Source: Lytechinus pictus
Taxonomy: Eukaryota
Length of the DNA stretch: 64,000 nucleotides
Assembly (NCBI RefSeq): GCF_037042905.1
Contig: NC_087251.1
Coordinates: 27,716,001 to 27,780,000 of the forward strand
Direction: 5' to 3'
Under the pieces are notes generated by a model. It was not told the origin of the DNA. It ran no database searches and saw only the letters and a list, made by a program, of their open reading frames with translations. Of the stretch, positions 47,801 through 61,389 are shown one piece after another (the stretch's first letter is position 1; every line of letters begins with the position of its first letter). The translations under genes and the position numbers were made by a program.

Positions 47801-50191
47801 CCTTAATCTTTGCCCTTTTCCTCAACTGGCTTCACCTTTATCTGCTTTCATCTCATCATCTGCCTTTAGCTCCTCTTTCCCCCGATTCATTTTCCTCTGT
47901 CTTCACCCTTCCCCACCGTGTCTTTCAGCCTACACATTCTTAATCTTGTGATTCATCTTCCTGCGTCTTATTTTACTCTGCCTTGAACCGCCATCTTCTC
48001 CTCTTATTCATTCTCTTCTTCCCTTATTACTTTCTAGGCAACCATCTAATCTGTTTCAATCGCCTCCTCTGACTTCATCTCCTCGCCTGCTTTCAGATCG
48101 TCATTAGACTCCTGCCCCACTTCTGCCTTCAACCCTTCTCATCTGCTTTCATCTCCTCCTCTAGCTTTATTTCTAAATTCTGCCTTTATCAACTTCTGGC
48201 CTTCTCCTCCTCGGCCCTTAGCCCCTTCTCTGCTGGTCCATCTACCCTCTGCCTTCATCTCCTCCACTTCTGCTTTCATCTCCTCGGCTTATATCTCATT
48301 TGCTGTCATCTCCTTTAGTTTAATCTTATCTCTTCGTGTGGCTTTGTCTCCTCATTTGCCTTCAGCTCCCCCTTCTCTGCTGCATTCATCCCTTCTTCGG
48401 GCGCTTTCTCTTCTGTCTTAAACCCTCTCTCCCTCGTCCACCTCAGATCATTGGCCGTCATCTCCTCTAGTTTTCCTCCATCTCCCGGGCCCTCAGTTCC
48501 TTTTCTACGGCAGTTTTGCCTCATGTTCTCTGATACGTCTCCTCTTTTATAACTATGCTTTCTGCCTCCGTTTCATTTTCCGCCTTCGCCTCCTTCATTT
48601 CTGCCTTCTTCTCCTCGGCATTCACCTGTTTTCTATCTGCCTCCATCTCCTGGGCATTCACCTCCTTTAACTCTTCCTTCACCCCCTCATCGGCTTTCAC
48701 CTCCTTAACTTCTACCGTCAACTCCTCTTCGGACTTCATCTCCTTTTTTCTCTGCCTCAATCTCCTCGGCATTCACCTCCTTTATCCCTGTCTCTATCGC
48801 CTCGTCGTTCACCACCTTAATATCTGCATTCGTCTCCTCGGCATTCACCTCCTTTATCTCTGCCTCCGTCTCCTCCTCGGTCTTCACCTCTTTCAACTCT
48901 GCTTTCGTCTCCTCCTCGGCATCCACTTCATTTACATCTGCATTCGTCTGTTTTTGTCTTTCTCGGCATTCATCGCCTGCATCTCTTCGGATATGACCTC
49001 CTTTATTCCTGTCCCCATCTCCTCTGCATTCACCTCATTTATATCTGCCTCCTCCTAAGCCTTCACATCCTTTATATCTGCGTCCGTCTCCTCTTTGGCC
49101 TTCACCCCTTTTCTCTCTGCCTCCGTCTCCTCTGCCTTCACCCCTTTTTTCTCTGCCTCCGTCTCCTCCTCGGCCTTCACCTCCTTTATTTCTGCCTCCG
49201 TCTCCTCCTCGGTCTTCACCTCATTCAACTCTGCCTTCGTCTCCTCCTCGGCATCCATTTCCTTTGTATGTATGTGTTTTTCCCGGCGTTCATCTCCTTC
49301 AACACGGACTTTTTCTCCTTCTTGTTATTTACATATTTTAAATCTACCTCCATTTCCTCCTTAGTATTCTCCTCCTTTTGTCTGCCTTCGTCACTACGTC
49401 TATTCCTCGGCCTTCCCCTCCTTTACCTCCAATCTTCCCGGATATTCAATCCTTTTATCTCTGCCCCATCTCCTTGACCTTCACCTCCTTTATGTCTGTC
49501 TTCGTCTCCTCCTCGGCATTCACCTCCTTTATACCTGCCCGAATCCCCATGGCTTTCACCTCCATTTCTCTGCCTTCGTCCGTTCGTCTCTTCCTCGGCA
49601 TTTACCCCTATTATCTCTGCCCCCATCTCTTCGGCTTTGACCTCCTTTTTCTCTCCCCTCATCTCTTTGGCTTTGACCTCCTCTTTCCCTGCTCCCATCT
49701 ATTCGGCTTTGACCTCCTTTATCTCTGCCCTCATCTCCTCGGCCTTCACCTCCCCTCTATCTGCCTTGATTTGCTTTGATTTGATTTATTTAAACACGGT
49801 GGAATAGCCTTCGATCAGTAAATGGCTGATTTTCAGAGAGGCCGTGCATGTAATACATTTAAGCGTATAATGTATCATAAAGTAAACTAATAAAACAAAA
49901 CTTGTATATACAACCAAACAAAAGGGGGTAGTGAAAGAAAACAAACAAAAACAACAATTAGGGGAAAAGGGGGATAATCAAGATTTCAGGACTTATTCAA
50001 ATTTATTTCCACATATGATTAAGAACAAAAATTCATATGCAGATGTATATACAATATTGAAACATTAAAATGAAACATATTCAGTTCGAAGTAATAATCT
50101 GGTGGGAATTGACAGAGGCCGAAAGCCTATCAGAGTTATTCCCGAAGGTAACTAACTTTACATGATTTTTTTAAAAAAATATTTACATGAT

Positions 50192-51713
50192 TTTACATGG
50201 CTTTAACTTCGAATATTATGAAGTGTTTTGAGAGGTTGCTATTGCCATATTTGTTGAAACAAACTAAGGAATTCACAGACCCATTTCAATTTGCGTACAA
50301 GCAGAATAGAAGCGTGGAAGATGGTGTACTTGTATATTTGCATCAAATATATGAGCACTTAGATAGACCAAAGACATATGTTCGTTCTCTTTTTGTAGAT
50401 TTTAGTAGTGCTTTTAACACAATCGCACCCCATCTTTTAGCTCGCAAATTGATTAGGATGAATGTAGACCTTAAACTAATTAGATGCATACATAACTTCT
50501 TGGTAGGTAGAACACAGTATGTAAAGACGAATTGTCACCAATCAAGCACTGTTACCACTTACATAGGTGCCCCCCAGGGGTGTGTCCTCTCCCCGGTATT
50601 GTTTTCTCTTTACACAAGCGATTGCGTGAGTACAACTTCTTGCTGCAGCATTCTTAAATATGCTGATGACACAGTCATTATTGCACTATTGTCGAATCAG
50701 GTTAGCGATTATTTCTCACAAGTAGACAAATTCATTCGTTGGTGCGACGACCATTACTTAACACTGAATACAACCAAAACCAAGGAAATGGTTATTGACT
50801 TCCGTCGAAATGGTGCAGAGCACGAGAATGTAATCATTCATGATCAGGTGATCGAACAAACCAGCAGCTATAAGTACTTGGGAACAGTAATAGACGACAA
50901 ATTGTCATGGAGGGAGAACGCGCAGTTGGTTTATGGGAAGGCTTGCAAGAGGTTGTACTTTCTCCGCAAGTTAAAATCCTTCCATGTTGACAACACAATA
51001 TTAACTCTGTTCTATAATTCAGTTATTAAAAGTGTCCTTCTCTTCAATGTATTATGTGTATTTGGCAATCTCTCAAAAGATGACAAGATGAAACTGGAAA
51101 AGCCCCGTAAATAGCGCAAAGAATAATAGGAGTAGATTTAGCCTCTATCGAATCCCACTGTACAGATCAGATCTTAGGAAAAGTCCGCTTAATTATGAAA
51201 GACACTTCTCATCCACTTAATCATTACTACTCATTCAATCGTTCTGGCATAAGACTTCGTCCCACTCCAACCCGCCTTTCCCGTTTTAGAAATTCATTCA
51301 TACCCGACTCTATCCACAAATTCAATTCACAAGCTCAACGTTAAATAAACTTCTGTTCCCAGCGAAATGATGAACTTATGTACTGATATCCCGGAAAGTT
51401 TCATGATAATGATAATAGTTATATTAAAGCAATAGTAGTGATGATGATGGCAACAATAATAATGATAATAATAATAATGTCAATAATAATTATAACAATA
51501 TTTGAATGCTAATAATTTTGATAAGTATTCTGGATGACTCAAACTTTTGCAAATGTTTTGTTGTATTTGCTTCATACCTGTGTAACTTATTTGTTTCTTT
51601 GTTTGATTTTGTTCATGCATGTCTAATGTATATTACACCAGTGGAAAACAAATTTCTTTGTAATCATGTTTGCGAAGACAAAATAAATATCTTACCTGTC
51701 TTGTATATCTTGT
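50192..51713 (+). mobile_element. 5'-truncated Rex1/Babar-type non-LTR retrotransposon
   Basis: RT ORF, AT-rich 3' UTR, AATAAA followed by a short TCTTG-type tail, ATGAT duplication at 50187-50191 and 51714-51718; absent from paralogous host copies. Confidence 0.88.
50197..51344 (+). pseudogene. Reverse transcriptase ORF (Rex1/Babar-like), 5'-truncated, one frameshift near 51110
   Basis: Motifs ALTS..MKCFER, DPFQFAYK.NRSVED, FVDFSSAFNTI, GAPQGCVLSP, YADD, LNTTKTKEMVIDFRR; the C-terminus continues in a shifted frame (IAQRIIG...DTSHPL...FRNSFIP) to TAA 51342-51344. Confidence 0.9.
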
Positions 51714-54700
51714 ATGATAACATGTTTAAAACACAAAACTAGAAGAAAAAAAAACACATATCATTCAAGGATATAAATAAAATAAGACAAGGACGACCAG
51801 ACACCTAAACTTTAAATTGAAATAAATTAAGATTTGGTACTTTGCGAATAAGTTTTTCCAATGAATTGAACTCAAGTATAAAAAGAAAAAAGGCTGCTAT
51901 TTCGTGCGAAGTCTGTTTTTGCAGTTTGTTAGCTCATTATTATTATTATTATTGTTTGGAGGGGCTCTTTTTTAGTTTTTGAGTGGGTGGGTGGTATGTT
52001 GCCTAAGGGAATCATATTACATAAAAAGACAATAAGAGCTTAAGGAGTAACATAGATATTAGCATGATTGCTTTCCACCTGTGTAGGATGCTTTCAGCAT
52101 TCAATTAGGCGCATAATGCTGATGTGCTGAACAAAGAATCAACTTTTAGCAGAGTTCGAAGGGCTATATTCTACATTACATATTATATATATTCTATTCT
52201 ATATATATTCTATATTCTGCATTTTTCCAGATATATGAACAATAATCAAAGTAAGGTAGAATAAGCATTTGTACAATGACATACCAATATCTTGAGATAT
52301 ATATGGTCTATCCTTGCCCCCCCCTTCTCCTCGGCATTCATCAAATTTATATCTGCATTCATCCCCTCCTAGGTCTTCACCTCATTCAATATCTGCCTTC
52401 GTCTCCTCCTCGGCATCCACTCTCTTTGTATGTATGTGTTTTTCTCGGCGTTCATCTCCTTCAACACGGCCTTTGTCTCCTTCTTGTTGTTTACATATTT
52501 TAAATCTACCTCCATTTCCTCCTTAGTGTTCACTACGTCTATTCTTCGTCCTTAACCTCCTTTTCCTCAAATCTCCCCGGATATTCAATCCTTTTATCTC
52601 TGCCCCATCTCCTTGACCTTCACTTCCTTTATGTATGTCTTCGTCTCTTCCTCGGCATTCACCTCCTATATACCTGCCCAAATCCCCATGGCTTTCACCT
52701 CCATTTTCTCTGCCTTCGTCCGTTCGTCTCTTCCCCTTTTATCTCTGCCCCCATCTCTTCGGCTTTGACCTCCTTTATCTCTGCCCTCATCTCTTCGGCC
52801 TTCACCTCCATTATCTGTGCATTTGTCTGCTCCTCGAAATTCACATCCTTTATCTATACCTTCGTCTCTTCCTTGGCACTTGCCTTCTTTATCTCTGCCT
52901 TCGTCTCCTCTTCGGTTTTGACCTCCTTTATCTCTGCCCACATCTCTTCTCGGCCTCCACCTCCATTATCTGTGCATTTGTCTCCTCGAAATTCACCTCC
53001 TTTATCTGTACCTTCGTTTCTTCCTCGGCACTTGCATTCTATATCTCTGCCTTCGTCCCCTCTTCAGCTTTGACCTCCTTTATCTCTGAACACATCTTCT
53101 CGGCCTTCACCTGTAAGATCTGTGCATTTATCTGCTCCTCGAAATTCACCTCCTTTCTCGATACATTCGTCTCTTCCTCGGCACTTGCATTCTTTATCTT
53201 TGCCTTCGTCTCCTCTTCGGTTTTGACCTCCTTTATCTCTGCCCACATCTCTTCTCGGCCTCCACCTCCATTATCTGTGCATTTGTCCCCTCGAAATTCA
53301 CCTCCTTTATCTGTACCTTCGTTTCTTCCTCGGAACTTGCATTCTATATCTCTGCCTTCGTCCCCTCTTCGGCTTTGACCTCCTTTATCTCTGCCTACAT
53401 CTCTTCTCGGCCTCCACCTCCATTATCTGTGCATTTGTCTCCTCGAAATTCACCTCCTTTATCTATACCTTCGTCTCTTCCTTGGCACTTGCCTTCGTTA
53501 TCTCTGCCTTTGTCTCCTCGGCATTCACATCCATTACCTTTGCCTCCGTCTCCTCCTTGGTCTTTACCTCTCTCAACTCTGCCTCCTTTTACTCCTCGTC
53601 ATCCACTTCTGTTGTATCTGCATTCGTCTGTTTGTGTCTTTCTTGGCATTCTGCATCTCTTCGTATTTGAACTCCTTTATCCCTGCCGCCCCCTTCTCCT
53701 CGGCATTCATCAAATTTATATCTGCATTCATCCCCTCCATGGCATTCACTTCATCTATCTCTGCCCCAATCTCTTCAACATTCCCCTTCATTTTCTCTGC
53801 TTTCGTCAGTTCGTCACCATTTCGGTCTTCACCTCCATTATCCCTGTCCTCATCTCCTCAGCCTTTACCTCCTTTATATCTGCCTCCGTCTCCTCGGCCT
53901 TTACCTCCTTAATTTCTGCCTCCGTCTCCTCCTCGATATCCACCTCCTTTATCTCTCCCTCCGTCTCCTCCTCGGCCACGACCTCCTTTATCACCGCCTC
54001 CGTCTCCTCGGCCTTCACCTCCTTTATCTCTGCCTTAATCCCCCTCGGCATCCTCTTCCTTTGCATCTGCCTTCGTCTGTTTGTGTCTTTCTCGGCATTC
54101 ATCTCCTCCATCGCTGCCTCCGTCTTCTCCTCGGAATGTATCTCCTTCAACACTGTCTTTGTCTGCTTCTTGGTATTCACCTAGTTTAAATCTACCTCCA
54201 TTTCCTTCTTAGTATTTTCCTCCCTTTCTTTGCCTCCGTCTCCTCGTCCTGCACCTCCTTTTTATATGCCTCCGTCTCCTCCTCGGTCTTCACCTCCTTT
54301 ATATCTGCCTTTGTCTCCTCCTCGGTCTTCACCTCCTTTTTCTCTGCCTCCGTCTCTTCTTCTGCCTCCGTCTCTTCTTCTGCCTTTAACTCCCTTGTCT
54401 CTGTCTCCGTCTCCCCCTCGGCCTTCACCTCCTTTATCTCTGCCTTAGTCTCCCCCTCGGCATCCACTTCCTTTGCATCTGCCTTCGTCTGTTTGTGTTT
54501 TTCTCGGCATTCATCTCCTCCATCCCTGCCTCCGTCTTCTCCTCGGCGTCTATCTCCTTCAACCCTGCCTTTGTCTGCTTCTTGGTATTCACCTATTTTA
54601 AATCTACCTCCATGTCCTTCTTAGTATTTTCCTCCCTTTCTCTGCCTCCGTCTCTACGTGTATTCCCCGGCCTTCATCCCTTCATCTCTGCCCTCATCTC

Positions 54701-55639
54701 TTCGACTTGACTTTGACCTCTTCTATCTCTGCCCCCATCTCCTCGGCCTTCATCTCCATATCTGTGCATTTGTCCCCTCCTTGACATTCAACTCCTTTAT
54801 CTATACCTTCGTCTCTTCCTTGGCACTTGCCTTCTTTATCTCTGCCTTCGTCTCCTCTTCAGCTTTGACCTCCTTTATCTCTGAACACATCTTCTCGGCC
54901 TTCACCTGTATTATCTGTGCATTTATCTGCTCCTCGAAATTCACCTCCTTTCTCGATACATTCGTATCTTCCTCGGCACTTGCATTCTTTATCTCTGCCT
55001 TCGTCTCCTCCTTGGCATTCTCCTCCTTCAGATCAAAACAAAGCACTAAAATCACTTCATGGATCATCCAAGACAATAATGAGAATTTACAGAAAACATT
55101 GTAACCAGGCAAAACTGAAGCGCACAATTAAAATGACATCACAATATGCGCACAGTAAACATCTTAACTGACGTCACAACTGAAATTTTTGTAAAATATC
55201 TGTTTCAAGGGGTGGGTCGACTGTTTCTTTTTCAAGTTTTATGTCAGCAATGAACAGGAAAAGACAATATCGTAGTCGTACACAAAATTATTCTTCTAAC
55301 TGGAGGGACTTATTCGGTATTTGTGGAAACAAGCAGAATTGCAGGGCATGAAATTAAAATGTAGGGTATATTGCTTTTTTGAGGGATGCCGCACGTCTTT
55401 TAAATTTTTTTGTTCGAAGGAGGGGGTGGCATAATAATTATTTGGGATACTTTGGCATCTTAATGTTTGTAAAATTAAGGCTTAAAAAATACTTAAACGT
55501 CAGACATTAGAGCACATTTTCCATCATCAACGGCTTTAGCTCTTAATTGCAGCAGGAGCAGGGGGAAATGTGGTTTATACCCCCCCCCCCTTCCTTGCAA
55601 TTACATTGACAATGCTGGATCCGCCAGATCTAGTTGCCT

Positions 55640-55864
55640 ATTCAATCGCGCCCTGTATATATTACCCCGACTTCAGCTCCAGCTCCTAACGGCGTTTGGT
55701 GCATTCACAGAATTAAATCGTGCCGGGCACCCAATCACCTCACCTAAGACGAGTGCACAGCACAATGCGGATCAAGTTCTTGCTAAAGGAAATCTCGCGA
55801 TGGCTGGGATTCGAACCCATGACGTTCGGTTTCAAGGTCCAGAGGTTAATCCAAGGGCCACACT
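55640..55864 (-). mobile_element. tRNA-derived SINE, older copy of the family at 5189
   Basis: Reverse complement reads TGTGGCCCTTGGATTAACCTCTGGAC...GGGTTCGAATCCCAGCCAT...ATTGTGCTG. Confidence 0.8.
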
Positions 55865-56305
55865 GTAAATAAAACAAATGTTGCCAGAGGTATTAGACCT
55901 TATAAATTATCTCATGAAAATTGCTCAACTCTAAAGTCATTCCCATGCGTCAAGCTCAATTATCTTTGACTTTGTCTCCTCCGAATTCACCTTCGCCTTA
56001 ATCTCCTCCGTATTTACCTTCATTATCTCTGCCTTTGACTCCTTCCGGCATTCAATCAATTTAAATCTGCCTCCATCTCCTCGGCATTCTTCTCTTTTTC
56101 TCTGCCTTTGTCAGTTCATCTCCTCCTCGGTATTCACCTACTTTAAATATGCCTCCTTCATCTCCTCGGCATTTTCCTCCTTTATTCCTGCCCTCGTCTG
56201 TGTTTTCTCGGTGTTCATATCCTTTAGACCTTATAAATCTCTTCGACTTTGACCTCCTTTATTTCTGTTCCCATGTCCTCTGCCCTCACCTCTTTTTTCT
56301 CTGCC

Positions 56306-56440
56306 TTGATTTAATTTGATTTTTTTTCTACATGGTGGAATAGCCCTCGATCAACAAATGAGAGATTTTCAATTTTAATAAAACAAAATTACATACATAA
56401 CCATAAAAGGGGTTGATGAAAGAAACATAACACCCCATTT
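56306..56440 (-). mobile_element. CR1/L2-group LINE tail, copy B (short, deleted)
   Basis: GATTTAATTTGAT..GGTGGAATAGCCCTCGATCA.. homologous to copies A, C and D. Confidence 0.6.
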
Positions 56441-57927
56441 ATCTCTGCCTTCGTCTCCTCCTCGGCATTCACCTATTTTAAATCTGCCTCCATCTCCTCC
56501 TTGGCATTTCGACTCCTTTTCTCTGCCTTCGTTAGTTCGTCTTTGCCTCTTTTTATCTCGGCCCAAATCCCGTCGGCCTTCACCACTTTTATTTGTCCCT
56601 TCGTCTCTTCATCGGCATTCACCTCTTTTATCTGCTTCTCAGCATTCACCTTCTTTATATCTGCCTTCGTTTCCTCCTCTGCATTAACCAATTTTATCTC
56701 TGCCGTCTCCTCCTTCCCCTTCACATACTTTATCTCTGCATGCCTTCGTCTCCTCCTCGGCCTTCACCCCTTTTATCTCTGCCCCCATCTCTTCGGCTTT
56801 GACCTCCTTTATCTCTGCTCCAATTCCCTCGGCCTTCACCTCCTTATCTGTGGTTTTGTCTCCTCGGTATTCACCTACATCATCGGAGCATTCGTCTTCT
56901 CTTCGGCATTCACCTCCTTTGTATATTCTTTAGTCTCTTTCTCGGCGTTCATATTCTTTATCTCTGCCCTAATCTCCTCGATATTCACCTAAATTATATT
57001 TGCCTTCATCTCCTCCCCTGCATTCAATTGATTAAATCTGCCTCCATCTTCTTCTCGGCCTTCACCCAGTTCAACTCTGCCTTCGTCTCTTTCTCGGCAT
57101 TCACCTCCTTTATCTCTGCCTTCGTCTCCTCGGCATTCCCCTTCTTTATAACTGCCTTTGCCTTCTTTTCTGCATTCGCCTTCTTTATCTCTGCCTTCGT
57201 CTCCATCTCGGCATTCGCATTCTTTATCTCTGCTTTCGTCTCCTCCTCGGCATTTGTTTTCTTTATCTCTGCCTTCGTCTCCTTCTCGGCATTTGCCTAC
57301 TTTATCTCTGCTCTCGTCTCCTCCTCGGCATCCGTTTTCTTTATCTCTGCTTTCGTCTCCTCCTCGGCATCCGTTTTCTTTGTATCTGCCTCCGTTTCCT
57401 TCTCGGCACTTGCCTTCTTTATCTCTGCCTTCGTCTCCTTGGCATTCGATTTCTTCATGTCTGCTTTCGTATCCTCCTTCGACTTCATCTCCTTCAACTC
57501 TGCTTTCGTCTCCTCTTCGGCATCCATCTCTTTATATATCTGCCTCCGTATGTTTTGTCTTTCTCGGCATTGATCTCCTTCATCTCTGCCTCTGTCTCCT
57601 CCTCGTCATTCATCCCCTTCAACAGTGCCTTAATCTCCTCCTTGGCATTCACCTATTTTATATCTACCTCCGTCTTCGCCTTGGCATTTTCCTCCTTTTC
57701 TGTGCCTTCGTCACTACGTCTATTCTTGCCTCCCTTATCTATGCCGAATTCTCCTTGGCTATTCCCTCCTTTTTTTCTGCCACATCTCCGTGGCCTTCAC
57801 CTTCTTCATGTTTGTCTTCGTCTCCTCCTCGGCATTCACCTCCTTAATACCTGCATCCATCTCTTCGGCTTTGACCTCCTTTGTCTCTGCCCCCATCTCC
57901 TTGGTCTTCACCTCCCTTTTCTCAGCG

Positions 57928-59347
57928 TTGATTTGATTTGACTTGATCTATATCAACACGGTGAAACGGCCTCCGATCAGCGAATGGCTGATTTCCTGAG
58001 AGGCCGTACATGTAATATACAAACAGTACACCGAATAGTAATTCATAACAAAATAAACTAATATAACAAAAACTTATATACATGTACATAACCAAGAGAA
58101 AGGGGTGGTGAAAGAAAACAAACAAAACGACAATAATTACGTTTTAAAAACATGATAATCAAGATTTCAAGACTTTTCAATCCAATTCAAATTTATTTCC
58201 ACATCTGAGTAAACAGACAAGTACAAATCCATATGCAGATATATTTATACAATAATAAAACAATGAAATGAAACATAATGAGTCCGAAATTATAATATAG
58301 TGTGAATTGAGACACGCAGAAGGCCTATCAGGGTGATTCCCGAAGGAAATTGAATTTACATAAAACATTTTTGTTCAGTTACATAATAACATGTTTAAAA
58401 TACCAAACTAGAAAAAAAACCATGTCATTCAGACATATAAATGTAGTAAAACAAGAACGACCAAACACTAAAACTTCAGATTTAAGTGAATTAAGATCTG
58501 GTACTGTGCGAATATGTTCTGCCAATTATCACAACTGAAGTATAAAAATATAAAGGCTGCTATTTCGTACAAAGTCTTTTTTGGAGTTTGTAATATCATT
58601 ATATTGTGTTTTTATTTGGGGGGGGGGGGGTATGAAGTAGGTGGATGGTACATTGCTTAAGGGTAATCCTAGTATGCATAAAAAAGTCGGTAACATGATT
58701 GCTTGTTTTTTTTTTCATCTGAGAAGGATGGTTTCAGCATTCAATTTGGTGTAAAATGCTGATGTGCTGAAAAAAAAAAACTTTTAGCACAATTCGAAGG
58801 CCTCTATTCCACATTGCAACGAGGCGATCAATTTGAGTTTTCTCTGCATATCTCCAAATATATGAACAATAATCAAAGTGGGGTAGAATAAGACAATTAT
58901 ACAATGGCATGGCAGTATCTTCAGATATATATGGTCTAACGTGTTTTAAGCAGTAGACTTGAAGTTATTTTGCTCTTCATCTCATCAATTTGGTCACTCC
59001 ATGTAATATTTTCATTAACATTTGTCCATACGATTTATAGGAAAATATTCATCTTGATCTGAACATTAGCAAACTGACGTTGTTTGCGTTTTGAAGAAAT
59101 TATCATATATTCACATTTGCTTTTATTCAATAATAATTCATTGCCACCGATGTAATTGCCAATATTTATTCAAATCTTCATTGATTTTACGTTCAAGTTA
59201 AATTGGGTCATTGTAAGCAAAATGAAGGCATGAATTATCGGCATAAAGTGATAATGTACTTTGCCGAACATCTTTGGATATATCATTTGAATACATTAAA
59301 AAAAATAATCGAGCCAATGATACTTCCTTTGTGTACTCCGCAAATAA
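57928..59347 (-). mobile_element. CR1/L2-group LINE 3' fragment, copy C
   Basis: Tail plus RT remnant (minus-strand ICGVHKGSIIGSIIF, a decayed GVPQGSILGPLLF). Confidence 0.8.
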
Positions 59348-61389
59348 CCTTCGTCTCCTCGACATTCATCTCCTTAAAATCTACCTTCGTCTCCTCCTCG
59401 GCATTCACCAATTTGATCTCTGCCGTCTCCTCTCTCCCGTTCACATCCTTTATCTCTGTCTTCGTGTCCTTCTCGACATTCAACTCCATTATCTCTGCAT
59501 GCCTTCGTCTCCTCCTTGGCCTTCATCCCTTTTATCTCTGCCCCATCTCTTCGACTTTGACCTCCTTTATCTCTGCCCCGATCCTCTCGGCCTTCACCTC
59601 CATCATCTATTCATTTATCTCCTCGGCATTCACATCCTTTATCTCTGCCCTCCTTGGCATTCACCTCATTTATATCTGTCTTCGTCTCCTCCTCGTCATC
59701 CACTTCTTTTATATCTGCATTCGTCTGTGTCTTTCTTGGTATTCATCTCCTGCATCTCATCGGATTTTAAGTCCTTTATCCCTGCCCCCTTCTCCTCGGC
59801 ATTCATCTAATTTATATCTGCCTTCAAGCCCTCCTCGACATTCGCCTTCATTTTCTCTACCTTCGTTAGATGACCTTCACCTTCGCCTCCTTTTTTTGTG
59901 GCTCGGCATTCACTTACTTTAATTATTCCTCCTTTATTTCTGCCCTCGTCTGTTCGTGCCTTTCTCGGTATTCATATCCTTTACGTATGCCTTCGTCTCC
60001 TCCTCGGTATTTACCTATTTTAAATCTGCCTCCATCACCTCCTTGGCATTCTTCTCCTTTTCTCTGCCTTCGTCAGTTCGTCTTTTCCTCGGCCTTTGCC
60101 TCCTTTATCTCTAGCCAAATCTTCTCGGCCTTCACCTCCATTATCTGTGCATTTGTCTCCTCATAGATATTTACCTCCTTTATCTACACCTTCGTCTCTT
60201 CCTCGGCACTTGCCTTCTTTATCTCTGCCTTCGTCTCCTCTTCGGCTTTGACCTTCTTTATCCCTGTCCCCATCTCCTCAGTCTTCACCCTCTTTATCTC
60301 TGCCTCCGTCACCTCCTCGGCCTTTACCTCCTTTATCTCGGCCTTTACCTCGGCCTTCACCTCTTTTATCTCTGGCTTGGTCTTCTCCTCGGCATTCCTT
60401 TATTTTACATATGCCTCCTTCAACTCCTTGGCATTTTCCTCCTTTATATTTGCCCTCGTCTGTTCGTTTCTTTCTCGGTATTCATATCCATCACCTATGC
60501 CTCCATCTCCTCCTTGACATTCTTCTCATTTTCTATGTCTTCGTCAATTCGTCTTTTCTTCGCCCTTTGCCTCTTTTTATATCGGCCCAAGTCCCTTCGG
60601 CCGTCACCTCCTTTAACTCTGTCTTTGTCTGATTCTCAGCATTCACCTCCTTTATATCTGCCTCCGTCTCATCCTCGGCATTCACCTCGTTCGTATCTGC
60701 CTTCGTTTCCTTTCCGGCATTTATCTCCTTTATCTCTTCCCCAATCTCCTCGGCATTCACCACCTTTATTTCTGCTTTCGTCTCTTTCTTTGCCTAACCT
60801 CCTTTATATCTGCCTTCGTCTCTTTCTCGGCAGGCATTTGCCTTCTTTATCTCTGCCTTCGTCTCCTTGGCGTCCGTTTTCTTTATCTCTGCTTTCGTCT
60901 CCTCTTCGGCATCAACCTCTTTATATGTGCCTCCGTATGTTTGTGTCTTTCTCGGCATTGATCTCCTTCATCTCTGCCTCCGTCTTCTCCTTGTCATTCA
61001 TCCCCTTTAACACTGCCTTTGTCTCCTTGGCATTCACCTTTTTTATATCTACCTTCGTCTTCTCCTGGGCACTCTCCTCCTTTTATCTGCCTTCGTCACT
61101 ACGTCCATTCTCGCCTTCCTTATCTCTGCCCCATTTTCCTTGGCTATCCCCTCCTTTTTTCTGCCACATCTCCTTGGCATTCACCGTCTTTATGTATGTC
61201 TTCGTCTCCTCCTCGGCATTCACCTCCTTAATACCTACCCCAATCTCCTCGGCATTCACCTCCATTTTCTCTGCATTCGTAATTTTGTCTTTTCCGCGAC
61301 TTAACCTTTTTATCTCGTCCCCATCTCTTCGGCTTTGGCCTCCTTTATATCTGCCCCGTCTCCTCGGCCTTCACTTCCTTTTTTTCTGC

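Larger units (their letters stand above)
49766..52310 (-). mobile_element. CR1/L2-group LINE 3' fragment, copy A (interrupted by a Rex1-like LINE)
   Basis: Minus-strand (CAAAT)n tail; colinear with copies at 57928 and 61390. Confidence 0.75.
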
